Sequence record: MT161459.1
DNA: 64,000 nt
Strand: one strand, 5' to 3'
Under the pieces are notes generated by a model. The model was not told the DNA's origin and ran no database searches. It saw only the letters and a list, made by a program, of their open reading frames with translations. Below are positions 1 through 8,588 of this stretch, piece by piece (the stretch's first letter is position 1; each line of letters begins with the position of its first letter). The translations under genes were made by a program, and so were the position numbers.

Positions 1-85
1 ATCAGCTCTCTAAATAGCGATACAATACAACGAGTCCTAGCGACTCGTTTTCTTTTTCCAATCACCTACGACAACGGAAAACTCA

Positions 86-2203
86 ATGCAAGTACAAAAA
101 CGTGACGGTCGCATCGTCAACTTTGACCGATCCTTTATTGAAAATGCAGTAACTAAAGCAGTGCACACCGCTGGAGTACTGGATTCAAATTTCCCATTGC
201 ATGTTACTAATGCAGTAGTTCGCAAGCTCCCACAAGATGGCGTTCTATCCATCTCCGATATCCAGAATGCTGTTGAAACCGTCCTAATGAAATCCCGCTA
301 TCCAAACGTAGCTCGTGAGTACATCGAATATCGACACGATCGTGATCAAGCTCGCGAAATGACGAGTGACATGACCAAGCAGATTGACGGTCTCATGAAC
401 GTGACCAATGATGACATCATCAATGAGAATGCCAACAAAGACGGCAACGTCATCCCCACCCAACGAGACCTACTCGCAGGCATCGTCAGCAAGCACTACG
501 CGAACCACATGATCCCGAAACATATCATGCAAGCGCACAAATCTGGCGTTCTCCACTTCCACGATCTGGATTACAGTCCGCTGTTCCCTATGTTCAACTG
601 TATGTTGATCGACATTGAGAACATGATGACCAACGGGTTCCGGATGGGCAATGCTTGGATCGAGACTCCACGCAGTATCGGTACAGCGTGTGCAGTTACC
701 GCTCAGATCATTGCGCAAGTAGCTAGTCACATCTATGGCGGCAACACTATCAACCGTATCGATGAAGTCCTAGCTCCATATGTAACAGCTACCCACAAAA
801 AGAACATCGAGTTCTTGGCATATGCTAAGTGTCCGGATGTTGAACGTGTAGCGATGGAAAAGACGCGCAAAGATGTGTACGATGCTATCCAAGCACTCGA
901 GTACGAAGTGAATACCATGCACACTGCCAACGGCCAGACTCCGTTCTGTACGTTTGGTTTTGGTCTGGGAGACTCCTGGGAGTCTGCACTGATCCAAGAA
1001 AGCATCTTGAAGATCCGAATGGCTGGGTTGGGTAAGGATAAGCACACCGCCATCTTCCCGAAACTGGTATTCGCTATCAAGCAAGGTCACAATGCAAATC
1101 CAGGAGATCCGTTGTATCGTATCAAGCAACTGGCTCTCGAGTGTGCGTCCAAGCGTATGTATCCAGACATCGTCAGCTACGAGAAGATTGTTGAGCAAAC
1201 TGGATCCTTCAAGTTCCCGATGGGCTGCCGCAGTTTCCTACATCGTTGGACCAACGAAGAAGGCAAAGAGATTCATGAAGGTCGCAACAACCTCGGTGTG
1301 GTGACCTTGAACCTTCCTCGCATCGCGTTGGACTCGAATGGTGATCCGTCCAAGTTTATGGATCTGCTGGACGAACGAATGGAGCTGATCCGTCAAGCTC
1401 TGCAAGTTCGGATCGATCGTCTGAAAGGCGTCAAGGCTAAAGTGGCTCCAATCCTGTACGTGGAAGGTGCGTGTGGTGTTCGTCTGGATCCAGAAGACTA
1501 CGTTATGGACATCTTTGTCAATAAGCGTGCAAGCGTCTCAGCTGGTTACATTGGGCTGCACGAAGTCAGCGAGCTTATGAATCTTGGTGACGACCATGTA
1601 TTCGATAGTCCGACCAAGCAACGGTTCCTCGTTGATGTCATGGAACGAATGAAGTCTTGGATCCAGAAATGGAACGACTCCAGTACATTTGCATACAGCT
1701 TGTATGGTACTCCGTCCGAGAGCCTGTGCGATCGATTCTGCCGTCTGGACAAAGCTGTGTATGGCGATGTCGTTCCTGGCATCTTCGAGAAGGGATACTA
1801 CACCAACAGTTTCCACCTCGATGTCAACAAGAAAGTCAATCCGTACGAGAAGATGATCTTCGAGAAGCAATTCCTTTCGTCAACTACTGGTGGGTTTATC
1901 TGCTACGGAGAGTTTCCGAATATGCAGCACAATCTAGAAGCTCTGGAGGATGTCTGGGACTTCGCGTGTGCTAACGTTCCGTACTACGGCACCAATACTC
2001 CCATCGATCGATGCTTCGAATGTGGTTACGAGGGAGAGTTTGAGGCTACTTCTAAAGGCTACAAATGTCCGAGTTGTGGCAACCACGATGACAAGAAAAT
2101 GAACGTCACGCGCCGCGTATGTGGATACCTAGGTTCACCTGGATCCAGACCATTCAATGCTGGCAAGCAATGCGAAGTGCAACGTCGTGTCAAACATCTG
2201 TAA
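86..2203 (+). CDS. nrdD: Anaerobic (class III) ribonucleoside-triphosphate reductase
   Basis: N-terminal ATP cone (VQKRDGRIV), central MGCRSFL motif, CxxC zinc site, C-terminal glycyl-radical RRVCGYLG; uninterrupted 705 aa. Confidence 0.98.
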   Translation: MQVQKRDGRIVNFDRSFIENAVTKAVHTAGVLDSNFPLHVTNAVVRKLPQDGVLSISDIQNAVETVLMKSRYPNVAREYIEYRHDRDQAREMTSDMTKQIDGLMNVTNDDIINENANKDGNVIPTQRDLLAGIVSKHYANHMIPKHIMQAHKSGVLHFHDLDYSPLFPMFNCMLIDIENMMTNGFRMGNAWIETPRSIGTACAVTAQIIAQVASHIYGGNTINRIDEVLAPYVTATHKKNIEFLAYAKCPDVERVAMEKTRKDVYDAIQALEYEVNTMHTANGQTPFCTFGFGLGDSWESALIQESILKIRMAGLGKDKHTAIFPKLVFAIKQGHNANPGDPLYRIKQLALECASKRMYPDIVSYEKIVEQTGSFKFPMGCRSFLHRWTNEEGKEIHEGRNNLGVVTLNLPRIALDSNGDPSKFMDLLDERMELIRQALQVRIDRLKGVKAKVAPILYVEGACGVRLDPEDYVMDIFVNKRASVSAGYIGLHEVSELMNLGDDHVFDSPTKQRFLVDVMERMKSWIQKWNDSSTFAYSLYGTPSESLCDRFCRLDKAVYGDVVPGIFEKGYYTNSFHLDVNKKVNPYEKMIFEKQFLSSTTGGFICYGEFPNMQHNLEALEDVWDFACANVPYYGTNTPIDRCFECGYEGEFEATSKGYKCPSCGNHDDKKMNVTRRVCGYLGSPGSRPFNAGKQCEVQRRVKHL

Positions 2204-3071
2204 CCAAGGAGCAGCCTTCGTAGAGAAGGCTGCTATAATCCACAACCACAAATACGACTACTCCCAAGTCCGCTATGTGAACATAAACACGTTAGTCGAC
2301 ATCGTGTGTCCAGTTCACGGACCATTCGAACAAACCCCAAAACGTCACTACCGAAACGGATGTCCGAAATGCGCTCGCAAAGCTAGAACTCTAACGATAA
2401 ATCAATTTATAATGGAGGCCACTGCTGTTCATGGTGATGTGTATGATTATTCGTTGATCGATTCATATAGATCGGCCAAACAGAAACTTCCGATTCGATG
2501 TCTCCTGCATGGCATATTTCATCAGAACAAGAACAAGCATGTAGATTCAGCCACAGGATGTCCAGAATGCGCCGCTATTGCGCGGCCAGCTAACAAGCGG
2601 CTAGACGTCGACGATTTGATCTGCCGCATGAACAAAGTCCATGGTGGAAAATATTCGTACAACATCGAATCTTATACGTGCGTGGACAACTTTATTGAAA
2701 TAATCTGTCCGATCCACGGACCGTTCAGTCAACGAGCTAATACTCATCTATACTCGGGTGGTGGATGTCCCGCATGCAATGGTATATCCGATGTATTGTA
2801 TCGTTGGATGGATGATGCGGGGAATTGGAAGATTGGAGTAACTTCTAGTCATCTTGGTCTGGATCGGATCCGAAGGTGTGCTAGGAGTAGAGGGACCGGA
2901 TTCCATCACGTATGTACTGTCCAAACCAACGAAGCTACAGTCCACGAGTCTGTACTGCTTGGAATGTTCGATTCAATGCCATATTCGTCTGGAGACGGTT
3001 ACACAGAGTTTCGGACTCTGAGTGATACCGATCTCCGTCAACTCGTCAACTACATGGAGAACATATGCTGA
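2157..3071 (+). CDS. Free-standing homing-endonuclease-like protein (zinc-ribbon repeats + GIY-YIG-like C-terminus)
   Basis: Three repeats of the type HxxxYDYS...CxxHGxFxQ...H...GCPxC, then LYRW...WKIGVT; sits between nrdD and nrdG (T4 mobC slot); start uncertain, overlaps the nrdD 3' end. Confidence 0.8.
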   Translation: MLASNAKCNVVSNICNQGAAFVEKAAIIHNHKYDYSQVRYVNINTLVDIVCPVHGPFEQTPKRHYRNGCPKCARKARTLTINQFIMEATAVHGDVYDYSLIDSYRSAKQKLPIRCLLHGIFHQNKNKHVDSATGCPECAAIARPANKRLDVDDLICRMNKVHGGKYSYNIESYTCVDNFIEIICPIHGPFSQRANTHLYSGGGCPACNGISDVLYRWMDDAGNWKIGVTSSHLGLDRIRRCARSRGTGFHHVCTVQTNEATVHESVLLGMFDSMPYSSGDGYTEFRTLSDTDLRQLVNYMENIC

Positions 3072-3550
3072 TTTTAGATTACAAATCCTTGGACGTGCTC
3101 AACGGTCAGGGAACTCGATCGTCAATCTGGTTGGCTGGATGTAGTCACCAATGCGAAGGTTGCTTCGCTCAAAGTACTTGGACGTGGAAGGGTTCTACGC
3201 CAGAATCCATCGGGTTATACGACCGTGTAGAACGCGATATGAACGATCCTATCATCAAGCGGAAGGGGATATCATTGCTCGGTGGGGATCCGCTATACGA
3301 GCGAAATAGAGCTGGATTATTGGAGTTCTTGGTATGGTTCAAATCCAATTTCCCATCAAAGGATGTGTGGCTATGGACTGGATACTTACACGAGCAATGT
3401 TTAGAAGACCCAGTAATGAGCAGTATACTGGAGTACGTAGACGTTCTTGTCGACGGTAGATTTGAGCAAGAACGGAAGAACCTTAACTTACAATGGCGCG
3501 GATCGGAAAATCAACGCGTCATCAACATCAAGGAAATCAAATGTTCGTAG
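3065..3550 (+). CDS. nrdG: Anaerobic RNR activating protein (radical SAM)
   Basis: GCSHQCEGC (CX3CX2C), GISLLGGDPL, WRGSENQRVI. Confidence 0.97.
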   Translation: MLILDYKSLDVLNGQGTRSSIWLAGCSHQCEGCFAQSTWTWKGSTPESIGLYDRVERDMNDPIIKRKGISLLGGDPLYERNRAGLLEFLVWFKSNFPSKDVWLWTGYLHEQCLEDPVMSSILEYVDVLVDGRFEQERKNLNLQWRGSENQRVINIKEIKCS

Positions 3551-3813
3551 AAATTTTTGGGTGGGATCCTGACCACCTCGTTTGCAAACCGTGTCTGAAT
3601 GCGAAGAATCTCGTCAAGAGTCGCGATATGGATCACGTATTCTATCCAATGGCTAAGATGTCCGTGACCGAAGAACACAAGGTCAACAAGATGGAGCTCT
3701 CCAATCGCGCAGCCAAGCTGGGATTCGTAGTAGCTACTCTGCCGCAGATCTTCGTAGACGGCAAGCACATCGGCGGCTTCGACGACTTTAAGGCATACGC
3801 CAATGGCCTATGA
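3541..3813 (+). CDS. nrdC: Glutaredoxin (T4 NrdC-like)
   Basis: CKPC active site, LPQIFVDGKHIGGFD; start set at ATG 3541. Confidence 0.8.
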   Translation: MFVEIFGWDPDHLVCKPCLNAKNLVKSRDMDHVFYPMAKMSVTEEHKVNKMELSNRAAKLGFVVATLPQIFVDGKHIGGFDDFKAYANGL

Positions 3814-3816
3814 AGC

Positions 3817-4104
3817 GTGTTTGATATGATCGAAATCTATGGCGTACCAGAACACCTCTTCAAATGTCCTGGATGCATGGCAGCTGTATCATACTGCGAA
3901 CAAAATGATCTGGAATTTCGATTCATCCCCATCATACTGGATGCGGATAATGAATTGGGATTTGAATACGATCGGCCTATCATCGAAGAGCTGAGAATCA
4001 AAGCCGGCAAAGAAACTCCGCCACGTCGGTATCCGCAGATCTTCGTCGATGGCGAATGGGTCGGCGGATTCCAAACGTTCAAGGAGAAGTATGGCCACGA
4101 ATGA
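3817..4104 (+). CDS. nrdH: Glutaredoxin (T4 NrdH-like)
   Basis: EIYGVPE..CPGC, EYDRPII, YPQIF resemble T4 NrdH; synteny after nrdG. Confidence 0.8.
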   Translation: MFDMIEIYGVPEHLFKCPGCMAAVSYCEQNDLEFRFIPIILDADNELGFEYDRPIIEELRIKAGKETPPRRYPQIFVDGEWVGGFQTFKEKYGHE

Positions 4105-4597
4105 TAAGTTGACTGAAAAATCTGTGCAGCGGATACTAGCGTCAGATCGAGACTTAGTTAAACGTCACGATGTCATGATCCCGAACTGCTTCACCTCATA
4201 CGACAACGAAGCGGATATGTTCTGCATCCGTAAGAGTGGATTGTGTGACGAGATTGAGATCAAAGTATCTCGAGCGGATTTCAGGATAGATGAGAAGAAG
4301 ATTGTGCAGATAGCGGAAAGTGTTTCGTTGTCTGGTAGGACAAAGTGGAGTAGAATCTCCAAACGAGAAGCGCTTCAAGCTGGTAAGATGTCCAACTACT
4401 TCTGGTATTGTATGCCGGAGGGGATTGTGGATCCCAGCGAAGTCCCAGAATGGGCAGGATTGCTTCACATCGTGAATGGTCGAGTCAAGACGATCAGGAG
4501 CGCAAAGCGTTTGCATGGCGATAAGATGTCCTACGAGGACAGATTCAAAGCAGCGCGTAAACTTGGTTATCGGTATTGGAATGAGGTCTTGGCATAA
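4091..4597 (+). CDS. MmcB-like PD-(D/E)XK nuclease
   Basis: EADMFCI...EIEIKVSRADF...NYFWYCMP...WAGLL pattern; AAGGAG SD before ATG 4091. Confidence 0.7.
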   Translation: MATNDKLTEKSVQRILASDRDLVKRHDVMIPNCFTSYDNEADMFCIRKSGLCDEIEIKVSRADFRIDEKKIVQIAESVSLSGRTKWSRISKREALQAGKMSNYFWYCMPEGIVDPSEVPEWAGLLHIVNGRVKTIRSAKRLHGDKMSYEDRFKAARKLGYRYWNEVLA

Positions 4598-4629
4598 GTC
4601 AAGACCTTTCTTTTTATCAAGGGGTTACA

Positions 4630-4887
4630 ATGAACACAGTTATTCTGGGCAACATCGTCAACGCGCGTATTATGGCAGCCCTCGAGAAGAGTCGGGAAAA
4701 GGCATTCCGCGAAGGTCTCAAGTTCTGGACCGTAGACCCAGCTTGGCTGGACGTCCAAGTTGAATGGATGTACGAAGCTGTCGAGCAACAACTCAGCAAA
4801 AATCGTTTGCGTGAGCACTTAGTTCAGTTTATACTGAAGGAGTTCACAGCATCTATTTTTGGAGTAGACAATGGCGTTGGTCGTTAA
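4630..4887 (+). CDS. Hypothetical protein
   Basis: 85-aa ORF, coupled to the next gene. Confidence 0.6.
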   Translation: MNTVILGNIVNARIMAALEKSREKAFREGLKFWTVDPAWLDVQVEWMYEAVEQQLSKNRLREHLVQFILKEFTASIFGVDNGVGR

Positions 4888-6310
4888 CATATTACAAGCA
4901 GTTCCTGCAGCTGGTAAAACGAAAGCCATTCTTGGGTACGTGAAGTCGAGTAAGAAGCCAACCATAATTGCATCGATCAGTTGTCAGTTATCTCAACAAA
5001 GCTACGACTACTACGTTGGGCTTGGTGGTAATGATGCAGTGGTGGTGGACTCCGACCACGTATCCAGATCTAGCAGCGTGACAGAAGCTATCGCTGAGTG
5101 TGTCGGTAAGCATCGCGTCATCTTCATTACGCATGCTGCTCTCATTCGATTTCCGAACTACGAGGATCTGGAAGGTCACGAGCTGTTTGTGGATGAGGTT
5201 CCTGACCTCGTCCAACTAAACCAGATGAAGTTCACCGACTACATGGGATTGTTGGGTCAATACTGTGATATGTCCAATGGGACCATGGTTCTGTTGGATG
5301 AACATAGGGATGCGGTGGAGAAGATAGCGCGTGACGGTCTAGCTGGATTGGATGTTGTGTCTACTAGCTTGTTCGAATTAGCGAGATCTCTGCTTCAAGG
5401 CATTCCGGTATTGACCAAAGATGATACTGTGTACTTCATCGACGATAACACCACACAAAAGTGGACAGCATTCTCAAAGATCACGATAGCGTGTGCGAAC
5501 TTCTATGAAACGTTCACTGGGACTATTCTCAAGGAGTTCTGTGGATGGAAGTTCCGAAACTCGGAGCTGACCAAGAAGCTAGACTTCATCCACTATCCGA
5601 ACACAGCTCGCGTTGAGATTGTTCCGATGTTTGGTGGGATCTGGAGTCGGTATTCGGCTGACAAGGAGATCGGCGGGGAAAGTGTATACAACAAGGTCAA
5701 AGCATCAGTGTACGATATCACTGGGATGACTCCGTTTATATACACAACCAACAGCTATCGTGGAGCTCTGAAACAAGGTCAACGGGTGGCGTACAATCCT
5801 CATGGGTTGAACAACTACATGAGCCACACTACGGCAGTGTCACTATTCAGCTACAATCCGACTCCGTGGCAAATCGATTTGCTCAAGTCATTGTCTCAAT
5901 CCAGATCGATGGATCAGGATAAGCTGATGCAGTCGTACATTGTGTCGAAGTACTTGGAGCCAACGTTCCAGTTGTGTCTTCGTACAGACATTCGCAACCA
6001 GTATAGTAACTGGAAGGTGAGACTGATAGTTCCGGATCTGAGAGCAGCAGAGTATCTCAAGTCGCGGTATTTGCACGAAGCGATCATCGATATGGATCAC
6101 ATGATTGAGCCACCTGAGCGCAAGGTCAGAGCTGCAGAAACTGCACCAAGACAGAAGAAGAAATCGTTCAAGAATCTCTTCAACTTCACAGACGTGGAGC
6201 TTCGGAAATTCTATCGGTATGTCAAAAAGGAAAATAAAAAGCTGGATCCTCTTGACCCAAGAGACTTCATGATAGTAAAATCGTGGATCGATAGCGTCAG
6301 AAGTTTATAG
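4871..6310 (+). CDS. SF2 helicase/ATPase-like protein of unknown function
   Basis: Walker A AVPAAGKT, Walker B LFVDEVP, motif VI-like QLCLRTDIR; 479 aa. Confidence 0.65.
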   Translation: MALVVNILQAVPAAGKTKAILGYVKSSKKPTIIASISCQLSQQSYDYYVGLGGNDAVVVDSDHVSRSSSVTEAIAECVGKHRVIFITHAALIRFPNYEDLEGHELFVDEVPDLVQLNQMKFTDYMGLLGQYCDMSNGTMVLLDEHRDAVEKIARDGLAGLDVVSTSLFELARSLLQGIPVLTKDDTVYFIDDNTTQKWTAFSKITIACANFYETFTGTILKEFCGWKFRNSELTKKLDFIHYPNTARVEIVPMFGGIWSRYSADKEIGGESVYNKVKASVYDITGMTPFIYTTNSYRGALKQGQRVAYNPHGLNNYMSHTTAVSLFSYNPTPWQIDLLKSLSQSRSMDQDKLMQSYIVSKYLEPTFQLCLRTDIRNQYSNWKVRLIVPDLRAAEYLKSRYLHEAIIDMDHMIEPPERKVRAAETAPRQKKKSFKNLFNFTDVELRKFYRYVKKENKKLDPLDPRDFMIVKSWIDSVRSL

Positions 6311-6332
6311 CTGGTACGTGTCATTGTATAGT
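6304..6332 (+). promoter_or_regulatory. Sigma70-type promoter upstream of gene 55
   Basis: TTTATA-N17-TATAGT, with TG immediately before the -10. Confidence 0.6.
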
Positions 6333-6359
6333 TCCTGCACAACTACAAGGAACCTTACA

Positions 6360-6878
6360 ATGACCGTTTACGTCGATAATGTGGAACTATATAACAACAT
6401 AGTTCTGTGGAAAGCTGAGTTGTCCGACAACCCAGCTACAAGGATCCCAGATAGTATTGGTCTGGCGATCATGAACATCGCCAATGGATTTACAAACTAC
6501 TGGCGATTCTCGAGATATACTGAATCGTGGAAAGAGCTGATGGTCGGAGATGCTGTTGAAACGTGCATCAAATACCTAAAGAGCTTCGACACTGACAAAT
6601 ACAACAACCCCCACGCGTACTTGACTATGATCTGTGCTAGATGCTTCATCCAGCGTATCAGAATCGAGAAGAAACGCGAAGCTGCCAAGTATAAGTTCTT
6701 CGTTGAGCACGTCTACGATGAAGATGATGAAGATATGGCCAAGCTCGTGGATTACGACTTCTACAGCGACATGCTCGGAAAGGTTTCCGAATTTGAAGCT
6801 ACTCAAAAGAAGCCGACAAAGAAGACGAAAGTCCAGCCAATTGGAATTTCGTGGATGGAGAGTGATGAAGATGAATGA
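6360..6878 (+). CDS. 55: Late-transcription sigma factor gp55
   Basis: YVDNVELY...IPDSIGLAIMNIANG...NPHAYLTMIC..F.QRI..EKK..A.KYK; synteny. Confidence 0.96.
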   Translation: MTVYVDNVELYNNIVLWKAELSDNPATRIPDSIGLAIMNIANGFTNYWRFSRYTESWKELMVGDAVETCIKYLKSFDTDKYNNPHAYLTMICARCFIQRIRIEKKREAAKYKFFVEHVYDEDDEDMAKLVDYDFYSDMLGKVSEFEATQKKPTKKTKVQPIGISWMESDEDE

Positions 6879-7128
6879 TCCAACCCACCCATCCGACAAT
6901 ATCACATTTTCAGTTCGATACGCCGACCTCCTTCAAGAATGTAACGGTGAGACAGATCTAGTCAGCTATATGCTCAAAATACACATGCACGAATTGCAGA
7001 TACCCATCGTCATCGATCCTCTTTCAATTCGTTCTGATACTCTCGAAGTAATGCATGGCCGACTGACTTCGTACACTTACCCTCCCACAGGTACTACCTC
7101 ATACATATGGACACCCAATGAATCCTGA
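6871..7128 (+). CDS. a-gt.5: Conserved T4-like protein (a-gt.5 position)
   Basis: Position between 55 and a-gt.4; resembles a-gt.5 (IDPLSI). Confidence 0.55.
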   Translation: MNDPTHPSDNITFSVRYADLLQECNGETDLVSYMLKIHMHELQIPIVIDPLSIRSDTLEVMHGRLTSYTYPPTGTTSYIWTPNES

Positions 7129-7480
7129 TGAAGAAATCTCCCAAGAGATTGAACAACGCAATGCAGCTATCAAGGCGATGGCCGACAAACAATCCCGCAA
7201 GTATCTCCGCAAGCACAAACGAGAGATGGACCGGTTACACGAACTAGCGAAAGATGCTCTGATCGCCAACCAACCAGACTCCTACAAGTATGCTGTTGGG
7301 AAGCTGAGATTCATCTCCCTCCAACCAGCATTGGACGCCGATACCATGCACACGATGTGGTTGACGTCCAAAACCCGCTGTGACGAGATGATCGAGGAGG
7401 CTATCGCGCACGAGCAAGGTCTCGTAGCTAATCCTGAAGAGATTGCGATCGATACAACTACTCCAGTTTGCTCATTGTAA
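7118..7480 (+). CDS. a-gt.4: Conserved T4-like protein a-gt.4
   Basis: A.K.LRKHKRE.DRL...A..A....YKYA..KLR pattern; synteny. Confidence 0.75.
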   Translation: MNPDEEISQEIEQRNAAIKAMADKQSRKYLRKHKREMDRLHELAKDALIANQPDSYKYAVGKLRFISLQPALDADTMHTMWLTSKTRCDEMIEEAIAHEQGLVANPEEIAIDTTTPVCSL

Positions 7481-7485
7481 GTACC

Positions 7486-7508
7486 AAGCCACCTTCGGGT
7501 GGCTTTTT
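7486..7508 (+). terminator. Intrinsic terminator
   Basis: AAGCCACC-TTCG-GGTGGCTT followed by a T run. Confidence 0.85.
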
Positions 7509-7565
7509 GTTGACTGTCGTTCGGAAGTATGCGAAGCTACAGGTTCTGTTCATAGGAGATACTTA

Positions 7566-8588
7566 ATGAAGCTCATTCTATGTGGAGACCTCCACACTGG
7601 TGCACGAAAAGACGATCCGTATGTCAATAACGCTCAGCGTCAATTCCTGACGTACATGTGCGACTACGCTATCAAACACAGCATCGATACCTGCTTGCAA
7701 GCAGGTGACTGGTTCGATCAACGATCTGGTCTGACCCAAGAAACGTTGAACTTCCAACGCGAGTTCGTTACTCCGCTGATGGAGAATGCCTTCCGGAAGA
7801 TCGTGTTGATCGTCGGCAACCACGACATGCACTTGAAGAACAAGATCACTCCGAATAGCGCGTTCGAGGTATTCAGTCTTCGTCCGCAGTTCTACGTGAT
7901 CCAAGAACCAACCACTATGCTGTTCGGCAATACTATGTGGGATCTGTTCCCATGGGAATGCGACGAGAACAAAGAAGCTATCCACAAATTCATCGAAGAA
8001 TCCAACTCCGAATACTCTCTGGGTCACTGGGAGCTTGATGGGTTTGAATTCTACTCCGGCGTCCCATCTACTGGCGTAAGTCGAGAATTCCTCGAGAAGT
8101 ACAAGCGCGCGTATTCTGGTCACTACCACACTATTAGCCAGAAAGACAACGTACAGTACCTCGGCACTCCATACACCATTACTCTGGGCGATGCTAATGA
8201 CGTCCGTGGGTTCTGGGTGTTCGATACCGATACCGGCGAACATGAATTTGTGGCAAACCCGATGATGTGGCACCACAAGATCGTGTACAATGAAGCGTTC
8301 GATGTGTCGTCAATCTCGAAATATGCCGACAAGATTGTTCACATGACCATCCAGAAATCTGACGATCGTCTGGACAATGTGCTGACGCAGCTGGAGACCA
8401 TCTGCTACAAGTTTGATACCACCCAGACCGAGACTCTCGCATTCTCTGCCGACGAAGATGTTGAGCTCGAAGGACTGTTGACTACTGTGAATAAGTACGT
8501 TGACTCTTTGGAGGAAGACGCGGAGACTATCAGTCGAGTTAAACGATATATTAACGAACTGCACGCGGAGGCATTGGCCGGAAAATGA
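7566..8588 (+). CDS. 47: Recombination nuclease subunit gp47 (Mre11-like)
   Basis: GDLHTG, GDWFD, VGNHD, GHWE, SGHYH phosphoesterase motifs. Confidence 0.96.
   Translation: MKLILCGDLHTGARKDDPYVNNAQRQFLTYMCDYAIKHSIDTCLQAGDWFDQRSGLTQETLNFQREFVTPLMENAFRKIVLIVGNHDMHLKNKITPNSAFEVFSLRPQFYVIQEPTTMLFGNTMWDLFPWECDENKEAIHKFIEESNSEYSLGHWELDGFEFYSGVPSTGVSREFLEKYKRAYSGHYHTISQKDNVQYLGTPYTITLGDANDVRGFWVFDTDTGEHEFVANPMMWHHKIVYNEAFDVSSISKYADKIVHMTIQKSDDRLDNVLTQLETICYKFDTTQTETLAFSADEDVELEGLLTTVNKYVDSLEEDAETISRVKRYINELHAEALAGK

Noticed and set aside
10-16. CTAAATA upstream of nrdD as a late promoter
   Set aside because: It is at the window edge without upstream context, and nrdD is normally pre-replicative; it may be chance or part of a sigma70 promoter.
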